Positions 41,082-51,511 of a stretch of DNA of 64,000 nucleotides are shown piece after piece. Both the position numbers and the translations under genes were made by a program. Every line of letters starts with the position of its first letter. Position 1 is the first letter of the stretch. The stretch comes from Candidatus Saccharimonadia bacterium (GTDB taxonomy: Bacteria; Patescibacteriota; Saccharimonadia; UBA4664; SCTI01), in NCBI GenBank assembly GCA_046597065.1, contig JBKJLI010000003.1:2807-66806 (forward strand). Reading direction: 5' to 3'. Under the pieces are notes generated by a model. The model ran no database searches. It worked only from the letters and a program-made list of their open reading frames with translations, and was not told the origin of the DNA.

Positions 41082-41742
41082 GCTTCTGTCTCGCCAAAAT
41101 ATCGGCAATGGTATTGTTTCCTATTCACAAGAAGGTGAAGATATGGTTCTCAGACGCTTTGTGGGCGACTCAGCAAAGGGCTTCTATATTGATATAGGAG
41201 CACACCATCCCTCGCTTTACTCAAATACAAACTACTTCTACCAAAGGGGTTGGAGCGGTATAAATATTGACGCAGACCCAACCCTAATGGAGGCATTTTC
41301 TAAATATAGAACCCGAGACATAAACCTAGCGGCTGGAGTGGCAACAGACTCTGGTGATCTTACTTTTTATATTTTTAATGATCGGGCCCTCAACACCTTT
41401 AACCCAGAATTGGCAAAAGAGCGCAGCGAGCTGGAGCATTATCACATAATTGAAGAAGTTAAGATAAAAGTACAACCCCTCGGGGCACTACTCGAAGCTC
41501 ACCTTCCCAAAGAACAATCAATTGACTTTATGTCTGTCGATACCGAAAGCTTAGATTTTGATGTCTTACGTTCAAATAACTGGGGAAAGTTCCGGCCAAG
41601 ATATATCTTGGTTGAGTGCTTGGAAATAAATGATTTGAGTAAAATTGCTCGTGATCCGATAGCGATATTTTTGACTGAAAAGAATTACAAGCCCGTTGCA
41701 AAAACTCTTTATACGGTTCTCTTTGAGGACTGCAAAAAGTGA
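41050..41742 (+). CDS. FkbM-family methyltransferase
   Basis: YSQEGED, YIDIGAH, SNT..FY..GW.GINI, IDFMSVDTE. Confidence 0.9.
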   Translation: MITKLKNRVGRLLSRQNIGNGIVSYSQEGEDMVLRRFVGDSAKGFYIDIGAHHPSLYSNTNYFYQRGWSGINIDADPTLMEAFSKYRTRDINLAAGVATDSGDLTFYIFNDRALNTFNPELAKERSELEHYHIIEEVKIKVQPLGALLEAHLPKEQSIDFMSVDTESLDFDVLRSNNWGKFRPRYILVECLEINDLSKIARDPIAIFLTEKNYKPVAKTLYTVLFEDCKK

Positions 41743-43304
41743 CGCAGCCACCAGTCGCATTATTTGTGTTCAACCGCTATGAAAAGCTACCCGAAACTTT
41801 GGCCTGCCTTAAGCACAATAAAATCACTAAATTATATATATTTTGCGATGGCGCCAGAGATGCCAAAGATGAGTCTGCGATCACCAAAGTGCGTGCTCAC
41901 ATAAAAAATATTACGTGGATTAAACCAACTATTGTTGAGCATCAAAAAAATCTTGGGCTGAGCGAGTCTATTGAGTTTGGCCTTGCCCGAATTTTCAGAC
42001 AACATGACCGGGTGGTGGTGGTTGAGGACGACGTATGTGTTGCGCCAGGGTTTTATCAATATATATCTGAGGCTCTTGAATTATATAAAGATAAAAGTGA
42101 TGTTGCCGGGGTAACGGGCCTCCGCTATCCGTTCGACCAAGAAGGTCTCAACGGATACCCATTCACCGCCTTTTTTGCCCCCCGATTTTCTTCTTGGGGT
42201 TGGGGCACGTGGAGAAGGTTCTGGCATAGTCGAACTCTTAGCAGCCAAGTATTGGCCAAGCAAATATCAAACCAAAATCTGAAACTTGATACTGGTGGTA
42301 GCGACATGATTGCAACTTTCAACGGCTACCTTAGTGGCTCCCTTAAGGGGTCATGGGATGTCTGCTGTGCCGCAAATATGCTCGTAAACCAACAATACTT
42401 TGTTTGGCCGAGCTGGAATATGGTGAGAAATACTGGGCTGTTGGGTGGTACTCACTCAAGCGAACATTTGCCCGGTTGGGAACTCCGCTGGGAAGGCGCA
42501 CCAAAAAGCTTGAAACTCCCCCGCCAGATCAGCGTTAATGATAAAATTATGACAGAGTTTTTAGACTTCTTCGCCGAGATTAAACCAAAAGGAGACCACA
42601 TGACATCACGGGTACGAACATTGGGTGGCAAAGTTAAGAGAAGGTTGATAGGAATGCGGCCCGAAAAGGCCAACAAGCCCCACCCGTCAGAATATACTAC
42701 GACCGACGGCCCCATGGAAGTGCCGGTGCAAATCGAAGCTTATTTTATCGCTCTCAATAACTATATAACCGAGGGTGATAGCGTATTGGATGTTGGCAGC
42801 GGCTTGGGTTATGGACTCAACCTGCTTTCAATCAAGTCGGGTTCGGTGGCGGGCGTAGACATTGATGAAAAAGCTATTGCTTACACAAAGTCTCACTATT
42901 GGGGCAGGAATCCAAAACTAAAGGAATTAAAAGTGTACGACGGATATCATCTACCCTATAAAGATAAGTCATTTGACGTAATCACCACTATTGACGTCTT
43001 AGAGCATGTTGAGGACTATGACGCATACATTGATGAGTTACTAAGAGTTGCCAGAAAGGCAGTGATAGTTAGCACTCCTAACCGCCGAGAGGAGCATACA
43101 AACCCCGACGGTACACCAAAAAATCATTGGCATCTGCGTGAATGGTCGCGAGCGGAGCTGGATGAAATTTTGCGGCGGCATGACGTGGGCATTGAATGGC
43201 ACCACGTAAATGGCCCGTGGGAAGGCCCATTTACGGTGACTAAAGAATTAGCTGCAGACACGATGACATTAACCCCCGTGCTTTTACCCAAGAGCAAGTC
43301 GTAG
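41739..43304 (+). CDS. GT-A glycosyltransferase fused to a class I SAM methyltransferase
   Basis: N-domain ALFVFNR, CDG, NLGL, VVEDD, SSWGWGTW; C-domain LDVGSGLG, DVLEHV, STPN. Confidence 0.85.
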   Translation: MTQPPVALFVFNRYEKLPETLACLKHNKITKLYIFCDGARDAKDESAITKVRAHIKNITWIKPTIVEHQKNLGLSESIEFGLARIFRQHDRVVVVEDDVCVAPGFYQYISEALELYKDKSDVAGVTGLRYPFDQEGLNGYPFTAFFAPRFSSWGWGTWRRFWHSRTLSSQVLAKQISNQNLKLDTGGSDMIATFNGYLSGSLKGSWDVCCAANMLVNQQYFVWPSWNMVRNTGLLGGTHSSEHLPGWELRWEGAPKSLKLPRQISVNDKIMTEFLDFFAEIKPKGDHMTSRVRTLGGKVKRRLIGMRPEKANKPHPSEYTTTDGPMEVPVQIEAYFIALNNYITEGDSVLDVGSGLGYGLNLLSIKSGSVAGVDIDEKAIAYTKSHYWGRNPKLKELKVYDGYHLPYKDKSFDVITTIDVLEHVEDYDAYIDELLRVARKAVIVSTPNRREEHTNPDGTPKNHWHLREWSRAELDEILRRHDVGIEWHHVNGPWEGPFTVTKELAADTMTLTPVLLPKSKS

Positions 43305-43306
43305 AT

Positions 43307-43987
43307 ATGGCGTACAAGCAAAACTTGGGCGACATGATGGTAAAACCAGACGGTTATTATGCCAATATCCGCAATGAGATGCTGCCCTACATCCCCAAAA
43401 ACCCTAAGCGCGTTTTAGAAATTGGCTGTGGGGAGGGATTATTCGGAGAAAAGCTTAAGGAACTATATGGTTGCGAGGTTTGGGGGATTGAATTATTCCC
43501 CGAGTCAGCCGCAGTTGCCAAAAAGAATCTTAATAAAGTATTGGTCGGCGATGTAGCGGTAGCTATTGATAAGCTGCCTAATAACTATTTTGACTGCGTG
43601 GTGTGCAACGACGTTTTAGAACATCTTGAGGATCCCTATAGCGTGATCGAGCGGCTCAGAGCCAACCTTGTTAAGGGCGGCGTTATTGTTAGTTCAATAC
43701 CCAATGTTAGATACTTCCATAACCTTTATTCATTAATAATGGCGAAGGAGTGGGAGTACCAGGATGCTGGCATCCTAGACAAGACTCATTTGCGATTTTT
43801 TACTATTAACAGTATTCGAAACATGTTCACTCGACACGGTTATGACGTAATAAGTCTCGAGGGGATTAACCCGATGACCCAATTCCCCTGGGAGTATCGA
43901 GTAGCAAACATCCTCTTTAGGGGTAAGTTAGCCGACACTAAGTTTATGCAGTTTGCTTGCGTCGCCCAAAAAAGTGATGCTAGTTAA
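43307..43987 (+). CDS. Class I SAM methyltransferase
   Basis: LEIGCGEG, DVLEHL.DP, SIPN, GILDKTHLRFFT. Confidence 0.92.
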   Translation: MAYKQNLGDMMVKPDGYYANIRNEMLPYIPKNPKRVLEIGCGEGLFGEKLKELYGCEVWGIELFPESAAVAKKNLNKVLVGDVAVAIDKLPNNYFDCVVCNDVLEHLEDPYSVIERLRANLVKGGVIVSSIPNVRYFHNLYSLIMAKEWEYQDAGILDKTHLRFFTINSIRNMFTRHGYDVISLEGINPMTQFPWEYRVANILFRGKLADTKFMQFACVAQKSDAS

Positions 43988-44783
43988 AAGCCGGTTGCGC
44001 CGCTGGTTCCCCCGGAGATCTATCGGCAATAAGCTGGTAAGGTTTGCTCGCGGCAAATCCGCTACGGCTGTTCGCCCAGTTGATTTTCAAAAAAATATTG
44101 AGGTAATAATTCCCTGCTACAACCATGCCTCAAACTTGGGTGAAGCCTACCGCAGCATTCTAGGCCAAACCTGGAGGGACCCAATCTCAATAACACTAAT
44201 AGACGATAACTCAACCGATAACACTTGGGATGAAATAAAGCGCCTAACATCAACTACTAAAAATCCCCGCATTCACATTAAGATCATTAAAAACACTTCT
44301 AATTTAAGACAATGGGGTTCGCTAAATAAAGCAATTGCCGATTCTTCTAATCAATTAATTATCGTTTTAAATGATGATGATATGTTGGTACAAGATGCCA
44401 TTGAAAAAATTGTGACTGCATTTGATTCCAGGCACGATGTTTACATGGTTGGGGGCTCAAGCATATGGTTTGATGGCCAAACTAATACTGCCCACGAGCC
44501 ACTTCCATTTGAAAAACTTAATCTAGTGATAGCGGAACCCCACCTTGTTGAAGGCTACATCGAACTTAATGATTTAAATATGACCCACAGCTCCTGTGCT
44601 TTTATGCGCGTTGCCTGGGAAGCTGTTGGCGGGTACTACCCAAAGCATAAGCGTATTAGCCCTCAAGCCAATGAGGATCGCGACTTTCAGATGAGAGTAA
44701 ATTCACTGTTTTGCGTGGGGGTGTTTAAGGATTACCCGCTGGCTTTTTGGCGAACAGACAGCTCGCACGGCAAGGATTTTTGA
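43977..44783 (+). CDS. GT2 glycosyltransferase
   Basis: VIIPCYN, IDDNSTD, LNDDD, EDRDF; start reset to ATG 43977. Confidence 0.88.
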   Translation: MLVKSRLRRWFPRRSIGNKLVRFARGKSATAVRPVDFQKNIEVIIPCYNHASNLGEAYRSILGQTWRDPISITLIDDNSTDNTWDEIKRLTSTTKNPRIHIKIIKNTSNLRQWGSLNKAIADSSNQLIIVLNDDDMLVQDAIEKIVTAFDSRHDVYMVGGSSIWFDGQTNTAHEPLPFEKLNLVIAEPHLVEGYIELNDLNMTHSSCAFMRVAWEAVGGYYPKHKRISPQANEDRDFQMRVNSLFCVGVFKDYPLAFWRTDSSHGKDF

Positions 44784-45970
44784 TGCTACTGATACGAATC
44801 ATACAAAAAACGCGGTTGTGGGCATTCGCCTGGCGATATGGTGTACAAATTGAAGAAAATGATCCGCCACGAGTCATTCATTACTCTACGCGCAAAGTAG
44901 ACCCTGCGGCTAAGTATGCGCTGCTAGCTTACCTTTCAGTGCCAATAATAGAAAATATGGCTGGCATTAAGGCGCGCGCCTTCAGCAACTATGGCCTGGC
45001 TGTGAGCTGGGCTAATGCCCTGACCCGGCTTGGCTATGTTGTTGATATTATTAATTGGGACGATACTGCTTTTGTCCCAAGGCAGAAATATGATTTGTTT
45101 GTTGCCCACGGTGCCAAGAATTTTTCATCAATTTACCAGAAGATGCCCAAGAAAATGAAGACTATATACTTTTCAACTGGCAGTTATTGGCGTTTCCATA
45201 ATGTCGAAGAAAAAAAACGCTTTAAGTACTTCAAAGATCGTCATGGCCGCACCCTCCCCCTCGACCGCTACATTTATGAAAGCGAGGAAGCGGCTAATAA
45301 AATGGCTGACGGTATTATTTGTCTTGGAAACCAAGCTCTAGCGGAAACCTATAAATCCTTTCATGGTGTTTACGCCCTGCCAATAGGCAGTTTTGCTGAA
45401 AACAAGAGTCTGCCCCAAAAAGATTTTGTTAAAGCCAGAGAAAACTTCCTGTTTTTTAGTGGTGGTGGCAACGTACATAAGGGACTTGATTTACTAATTG
45501 ATGCCTTCACGGATAGCGACCTGCACCTCTACATCGCTACCCGTCTTGACCCTGAGTTTGAGCGGTTTTACCAGAAACAACTTTACTCAACAAACAATAT
45601 TCATTACGAAGGATTTGTAAGCATTGGTTCAGACCGTTTTTACAAGCTGATTAATAAGTGTGGTTTCGTAATACTGCCCTCATCAAGCGAGGGATCCCCA
45701 GGGTCGGTCGTTGACTGTATGCAGCGTGGTTTGATCCCGATAGTTACTACCAATGCACATCTTGATGTTGAGCCCTTCGGTTACACCATCAAAACTACTA
45801 GCGTTGATGGTATCCGTGATTTGGTAAGAAAGGTTAGTCAGCTTCGGCCAGATAAGCTGTTGCTCCAGTCTACTGCATCAAAACAAACTGCTATTACCCG
45901 ACACTCTATAACTAAATTCGAAGACACGTTGAGAAACTATATTTCAGCGGTCGCCGGGGGTAGAAAATGA
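44783..45970 (+). CDS. GT4 (GT-B) glycosyltransferase
   Basis: HKGLDLLIDAF, PSSSEG, GLIPI; start reset to ATG 44783. Confidence 0.85.
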   Translation: MLLIRIIQKTRLWAFAWRYGVQIEENDPPRVIHYSTRKVDPAAKYALLAYLSVPIIENMAGIKARAFSNYGLAVSWANALTRLGYVVDIINWDDTAFVPRQKYDLFVAHGAKNFSSIYQKMPKKMKTIYFSTGSYWRFHNVEEKKRFKYFKDRHGRTLPLDRYIYESEEAANKMADGIICLGNQALAETYKSFHGVYALPIGSFAENKSLPQKDFVKARENFLFFSGGGNVHKGLDLLIDAFTDSDLHLYIATRLDPEFERFYQKQLYSTNNIHYEGFVSIGSDRFYKLINKCGFVILPSSSEGSPGSVVDCMQRGLIPIVTTNAHLDVEPFGYTIKTTSVDGIRDLVRKVSQLRPDKLLLQSTASKQTAITRHSITKFEDTLRNYISAVAGGRK

Positions 45971-47103
45971 CAATTGGTTTAGTGGCCCTGACCTACGAGC
46001 CCGGTACTGCCGGCGGTATTGAAACCTATTTCCTAGATCTTGTACGCACACTTCAAGAAATTGATAAAACAAATAAATATATCATTTTCACTCGCCCGCA
46101 TGTCAAAAATAAAATAAAAATTACCAATCGCAAATGGCAGGTAGTTGGGATAGCTGACAGCTGGTATATGAAAGTCGCCCGAAAATTACGCATATCGCGT
46201 CTGTGGCCAGGGCTAAGCGAGGCTGGATTGGTTAACCAGCATAATTGCGCAATAATCCACTTTCCTTTCCAGGTTATCTACCCCCATAACCTACGGGGGC
46301 CAAAGGTTTTATCGTTTATGGATATGCAGCAAGAATTCTATCCAGAATTTTTTACAAAGGAAGATTTAACGGCCAGGCGCCAGGCATACCGATCGTCCTG
46401 TGAGGAAGCCGACCATATCATTGCGATCTCTGATCACACTAAATCGACTTTGGTAGACTGCTATAATCAAAGCCCGGCTAAAGTTTCCGTTGTACACCTG
46501 GCGTATAACGCGCATCTTTATGGCAAAAAGTCGATTGCGGCCGGGCCCAAGCTTAAGTTGCCTTACTTTTACTACCCAGCTGCCAGTTGGCCCCACAAGA
46601 ACCATGGGCGGTTACTCGAAGCTTTCGCTCTAGTGTTAAAAAAACGCCCCGAATTCTCGCTGGTACTGTCAGGTATTAAGAAACGAGATGACGGGATTAT
46701 TTCAAGAGAAGCCCAGAAGCTAGGCATCGAGCATAAGGTAACCCAGCTAGGATATCTACCATACGAACAACTCCCCGACGTCTACCGGCACGCAACGGCT
46801 CTTGTCTTTCCCTCGCTTTTTGAGGGTTTTGGAATCCCATTACTTGAGGCCATGGCTTCATCGTGTCCGGTGGCGGCCTCAAATTCCACCTCAATACCAG
46901 AGATTGCGGGCGACGCCGCCGCCTACTTTGATCCTATGGATGTATCAGACATTGCTGATAAAATGGTTAGGCTAGCGACCAATCCCGGTCTTAGAAATAG
47001 GCTAATTCGTGCTGGATTAAAACATATGGAGCTTTTTTCAGATGAGAAAATGGCGACTCAGACACTTAATATTTATGTGCAAGTAGGAGCTCAAGATGCA
47101 TAA
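45967..47103 (+). CDS. GT4 glycosyltransferase
   Basis: GGIETY, WPHKNH..LLEAF, FPSLFEGFGIPLLEAM. Confidence 0.93.
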   Translation: MTIGLVALTYEPGTAGGIETYFLDLVRTLQEIDKTNKYIIFTRPHVKNKIKITNRKWQVVGIADSWYMKVARKLRISRLWPGLSEAGLVNQHNCAIIHFPFQVIYPHNLRGPKVLSFMDMQQEFYPEFFTKEDLTARRQAYRSSCEEADHIIAISDHTKSTLVDCYNQSPAKVSVVHLAYNAHLYGKKSIAAGPKLKLPYFYYPAASWPHKNHGRLLEAFALVLKKRPEFSLVLSGIKKRDDGIISREAQKLGIEHKVTQLGYLPYEQLPDVYRHATALVFPSLFEGFGIPLLEAMASSCPVAASNSTSIPEIAGDAAAYFDPMDVSDIADKMVRLATNPGLRNRLIRAGLKHMELFSDEKMATQTLNIYVQVGAQDA

Positions 47104-48019
47104 AAAAACGCCCAGCTTGGCGCTTGTAACGCCAGTGTTCAATCGTAAGAATTACACTAAAAGATTTTTGACCTCATTGAACTCTCAAACCTATCGAGAT
47201 TTTGTCGTCATCATTACTGACGACGGCTCTAGCGATGGCACCTCAGGCATGATTAAAGAACTTTTTCCAGATGTAATCCTATTAACTGGTGATGGTAATT
47301 TATGGTGGTCGGGTGGCACAAACTTGGCAGCCAAGCACGCTATTGCGCTTGGGATCCCCCTCATACTCACTATTAATGATGATATTGAGCTGCCTGATGA
47401 TTACCTCGAAAATATTATGGCTTGTGGTAAAAAAAATCCCCATGCGTTAATTGGATCAAAAGTATGTTACAGAGATGACCCCAAGCGTGTATGGTACTTT
47501 GGCGCAAAATTTAGCACTAAAACTGGTGATATGGCCCACATTACGGGTCAAGATAGCGACTTTACCAAAACGGCCGCCTCGGAGTGGTTGACGGGGATGG
47601 GGGTGCTAATCCCGGCTGATGTTTTTAATAAAGTAGGATATTTTAATCGCTCTGAATTTCCCCAGTACTTTGGCGACGCTGAATTTTCGGTTAGGGCAAA
47701 AAATGCCGGATACGGTCTACTGGTCTGTCCGGATGCTCGAATTTATGCTGATGTCAGTGCCCAATGGGTGCTCAATCAGATATCTAAGCCGACTCTGCGT
47801 TTCCCGATAGAGCTGCTTACCTCTATCAGATCTCCCTACCAGCTAAAAACTAGGCTCCTATTCTACCGGCGACACTGGCCAAGACACTGGCAACTATCGG
47901 CATTAAAACTTTACGGCTGGACTTTAAAAGGTCTCTATATTAGTTATTTTGCAGCCTACATTAAAAAATTCCTGGGGATTAAGTCCTTTAAAGGGCTTTT
48001 CAATCGGGAGCAAAGATGA
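47096..48019 (+). CDS. GT2 glycosyltransferase
   Basis: PVFNR, DDGSSDG, GNLWWSGG.N, NDD, YFGD. Confidence 0.92.
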   Translation: MHKKTPSLALVTPVFNRKNYTKRFLTSLNSQTYRDFVVIITDDGSSDGTSGMIKELFPDVILLTGDGNLWWSGGTNLAAKHAIALGIPLILTINDDIELPDDYLENIMACGKKNPHALIGSKVCYRDDPKRVWYFGAKFSTKTGDMAHITGQDSDFTKTAASEWLTGMGVLIPADVFNKVGYFNRSEFPQYFGDAEFSVRAKNAGYGLLVCPDARIYADVSAQWVLNQISKPTLRFPIELLTSIRSPYQLKTRLLFYRRHWPRHWQLSALKLYGWTLKGLYISYFAAYIKKFLGIKSFKGLFNREQR

Positions 48020-49155
48020 GAGTCGCGATTGAAGCGAGTATACTGACGCGCGACCTTAAAACCGGCACGTACCATTATTTGCGCAATCTACTGGAACCAC
48101 TAAGCACCCATGGTGGTGGCAATACTTACTCCCTGTTCTACTTTAGGACTAGACACGCCCTTGAGCTTGGAGCGGCTACTGGAAAGTTTAAGTCACATCT
48201 CATATGGTGGTTCCCAAGAAGATTATATAACTTGCTTTTGCGTACGCCCTTTGCCCCGCCAATCGACCTATTGGCTGGGATAAAAGCTGATGTTTATATA
48301 TTTCCAGCATTTGTTAGATGGCCGCTGCTTTGGAACCAGAAGTCCATTGTTATCATCTACGACCTTAGTTTTATTACTTCTCAAAAAACTCAGCTGTCCT
48401 GGTTTAACTGGTATCTTAACCGGGCGGTTCCAAAATCCGTCAAGAAAGCCACCAGGGTTATAACTATATCTAAAAATAGTGAGCGAGAAATAATTGAGAA
48501 TCTGGGTGTAGACCCAACAAAAATTAGTGTGATAACTCCGGCAGTCGATCATGGAGTATATCGACCAGCAACCAGTCCAGAGGTCGCCGCGGTTAAGCAA
48601 AAATATGGTATTAAGAGTAAATACATTCTGTTTCTAGGGACCCTCGAACCGAGAAAAAATGTGACCGGTATCATTGAAGCGTATCGCTTGCTACGCCCTG
48701 AAATAAAGAAGCAGTACCAGCTGGTGTTGGCGGGTGGAAAGGGTTGGCTCGATGGAACGATACTTGATTTAATCAATCAGCTGCCTCGTGAGCAGGTTGT
48801 GAAAACCGATTACGTTGAAGAGGCAGACGTACCGGCACTATACTCGGGGAGCTCTGTGTTTGTTTATCCCTCACTTTACGAAGGCTGGGGGATGCAAGTA
48901 CTTGAGGCCATGGCGTGCGGGGTGCCAGTGGTTACGGCAAATAACTCCTCGCTACCTGAGGTTGCCAGTGACGCCGCTATCTTAGTTGAAGCAACAGACA
49001 CCTTGGCAATTTCCAAAGCAATCAATAAAGTCATAACTGACCCCGCCCTAGCAGCAGCTATGCGAGCAAAGGGTATTGCCCACGCCAAAAAGTTTACCTG
49101 GGAGGATAGCGCAGAAAAACTAAAAGCGGTTATAGAGCAAGTCGACAAGCAGTAA
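48016..49155 (+). CDS. GT4 glycosyltransferase
   Basis: GTLEPRKN, YPSLYEGWGMQVLEAMACG. Confidence 0.93.
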   Translation: MRVAIEASILTRDLKTGTYHYLRNLLEPLSTHGGGNTYSLFYFRTRHALELGAATGKFKSHLIWWFPRRLYNLLLRTPFAPPIDLLAGIKADVYIFPAFVRWPLLWNQKSIVIIYDLSFITSQKTQLSWFNWYLNRAVPKSVKKATRVITISKNSEREIIENLGVDPTKISVITPAVDHGVYRPATSPEVAAVKQKYGIKSKYILFLGTLEPRKNVTGIIEAYRLLRPEIKKQYQLVLAGGKGWLDGTILDLINQLPREQVVKTDYVEEADVPALYSGSSVFVYPSLYEGWGMQVLEAMACGVPVVTANNSSLPEVASDAAILVEATDTLAISKAINKVITDPALAAAMRAKGIAHAKKFTWEDSAEKLKAVIEQVDKQ

Positions 49156-50148
49156 CTATCGGCGCTGCTTGGCGCCCTCAATCTCTAGATCATTTTTAAC
49201 CATCCTTGAGATTAACTGCTGAAAATTAACTTCCGGCTTCCAACCTAACTGTTTGTTAGCCTTGGCTGGATCGGCCAAGAGCATGTCGACTTCGGCCGGG
49301 CGCATAAAACGTTTGTCTTGTACCACATAAGGTTTCCAGTCCTTGATGCCCGCCTCCGCGAAGGCTACATCGAGTAGCTCTTTGATTGAGTGAGTTTCGC
49401 CCGTGCCGAGCACATAATCATCTGGTTTGTCTTGCTGCATCATCATCCACATACCGCGCACATAGTCCCCTGCAAAGCCCCAGTCCCGCTTAGCATCTAG
49501 GTTGCCCATAACAAGCTTGTCTTGCAAACCCAGCTTGATTCTGGCCACGCTGCTAGTCACTTTCCGGGTCACGAACTCATAACCTCGCCGCGGAGACTCG
49601 TGGTTGAATAGGATGCCGCAAGAGGCATGTATACCGTAACTCTCTCGGTAGTTTATGGTCATAAAATGACCATAAAGCTTGGCCGCACCATACGGGCTTC
49701 TGGGATAAAAAGGAGTTTTCTCGCTTTGAGCGTGGTTTTGGACTCCTCCGAACATCTCGCTGGTAGATGCTTGGTAGAAACGAATGTTACCCTTTCCGCC
49801 ATCAAATATCCGTACGGCCTCTAAGATCCTCGTTACCCCCAAGCCACTAATGTTGCCGGTAATCTCGGGCTGATCAAATGACAGCTTAACGAAACTAATT
49901 GCCCCTAAGTTATAGACTTCATCGGGCTGAGATTCTTCAAAAGCTCTCAATATTGAGCCCATATCAGTCAGATCGCCCTCAATTAGCCTAACGCCGGGGA
50001 TCTCGCGCTCAACTTCTGAACGCTTGGGGTTATGCTGGCCACGTATTAGGCCATAAACTTCGTAGTTCTTACTTAGTAGTAGCTCGGCTAAGTACATGCC
50101 GTCTTGACCAGTGATTCCGGTTACTAGTGCGCGCTTTGGGTTACTCAT
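49156..50148 (-). CDS. gmd: GDP-mannose 4,6-dehydratase
   Basis: TGITGQDG.YL, YQASTSEMFG, PYGAAK, GILFNHESP, RDWG. Confidence 0.97.
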   Translation of the reverse strand: MSNPKRALVTGITGQDGMYLAELLLSKNYEVYGLIRGQHNPKRSEVEREIPGVRLIEGDLTDMGSILRAFEESQPDEVYNLGAISFVKLSFDQPEITGNISGLGVTRILEAVRIFDGGKGNIRFYQASTSEMFGGVQNHAQSEKTPFYPRSPYGAAKLYGHFMTINYRESYGIHASCGILFNHESPRRGYEFVTRKVTSSVARIKLGLQDKLVMGNLDAKRDWGFAGDYVRGMWMMMQQDKPDDYVLGTGETHSIKELLDVAFAEAGIKDWKPYVVQDKRFMRPAEVDMLLADPAKANKQLGWKPEVNFQQLISRMVKNDLEIEGAKQRR

Positions 50149-50200
50149 AAATATCCTTTTCTACTGATTGCCGTAATGGTATTTATGATACCATTACCCT

Positions 50201-51511
50201 GTGAGATTTATTAAACAAATCTGGCCTTTTTTATTGCTCGCCAGCCTTCCGTTTGAGCGTATTCCATCGTATGACCTAGCTATTTTGGGGCATAGCGTTA
50301 CAGTTAGGTCGGGCTTGATCATTGGCGTTGTTGGCATTGCTCTTTTCGGCTGGATAACCGCTAAGAATCTAAAACTGAATTTCAAGGAACCCGAAACCTG
50401 GCTGGTAAGCTATCTGGTCGTGGCGCTACTGTCTATTTTATTCACCCTCAATCTTCCACGTTCGCTAATTGCGGCCACCGCCACACTGATTGTCTTAGGC
50501 ACGTCCCTTGTTGTGGCGCAGGTTTTCGAAAAAGTGGCATTGGAAAAAGTTTATATAACCCTGTTCATAGCGAGTGTCGTAGTCTCGATCATTGGTCTCT
50601 ACCAATTCTTTGGCGATGCTTTTGGATTGCCCAGAAGCCTTACCGGTCTACGCGAAATATACACTAAGCAGGTATTCGGGTTCCCTCGAGTTCAGTCGGT
50701 TAGCCTGGAGCCACTATTTTTTGCTAACTTCTTGATTATTCCTATACTACTAACTGTAGGCCTGCTCTACACAAAAAAAATTAGCGGCCCTAAGTACTGG
50801 CTCGGCCTGTTTCTGTTCACTTTAACCCTTGGCCTGACGCTATCACGCGGAGGCTACTGGGCAACTGCAGGCGGACTTATAATCGTCGTTGTGGCACTCC
50901 GGAAACTCGGATCGTTAAAACGCGTTGCGGCACTATCGGCCACCATGCTGCTTGGTGTCGCCTCGGCGGTCTTAATGATTTACGTCACCGCTCAAATTAC
51001 AGGTGGTGGTAACAAGGGCGATGCTGCAGTTAGTAACTATGTGCATCAATCGAAGAAAGTCAGCTCGGCTCAAAGTGCCGATTCCGATCGAGTGGTTAAT
51101 CGCAAACTGGCTCTGGAGGCTTTTGCCGAACGCCCAGTAATCGGTAATGGGCTGGGAGCATTTGGCACCTACGCCCAGCGCAATGACCCGGTGTTTTACG
51201 CGTCTACTGATGCCGCGACTGTAAACAACGAATATCTCGAGATTTTGGCCGAAACTGGGTTACTCGGCTTTATTTCTCTGGCAGGCTTCGTAATCACATT
51301 GATGATTTCGGGCATCAATGCATTAAATAAAACTACGGACACTAACGTAAAAGCATGGATAGGATCGTTACTGGCTATCTGCGTCGCTTTTGGCATTCAA
51401 TACAACTCATTTTCCACGCTCTACATTATGCAAATATGGGTGATGATTGGAATCTTAATGGCCTTAGTTGCAAATGCAAATTCGTCGAACAGCTCAAAAT
51501 CTAAAGCCTAA
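50201..51511 (+). CDS. O-antigen ligase/oligosaccharyltransferase-like (Wzy_C) membrane protein
   Basis: About 12 TM helices; R..S...EP...ANF, TLSRGG, P..G.GLG.F, NEYLEILAETGLLG. Confidence 0.85.
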   Translation: MRFIKQIWPFLLLASLPFERIPSYDLAILGHSVTVRSGLIIGVVGIALFGWITAKNLKLNFKEPETWLVSYLVVALLSILFTLNLPRSLIAATATLIVLGTSLVVAQVFEKVALEKVYITLFIASVVVSIIGLYQFFGDAFGLPRSLTGLREIYTKQVFGFPRVQSVSLEPLFFANFLIIPILLTVGLLYTKKISGPKYWLGLFLFTLTLGLTLSRGGYWATAGGLIIVVVALRKLGSLKRVAALSATMLLGVASAVLMIYVTAQITGGGNKGDAAVSNYVHQSKKVSSAQSADSDRVVNRKLALEAFAERPVIGNGLGAFGTYAQRNDPVFYASTDAATVNNEYLEILAETGLLGFISLAGFVITLMISGINALNKTTDTNVKAWIGSLLAICVAFGIQYNSFSTLYIMQIWVMIGILMALVANANSSNSSKSKA

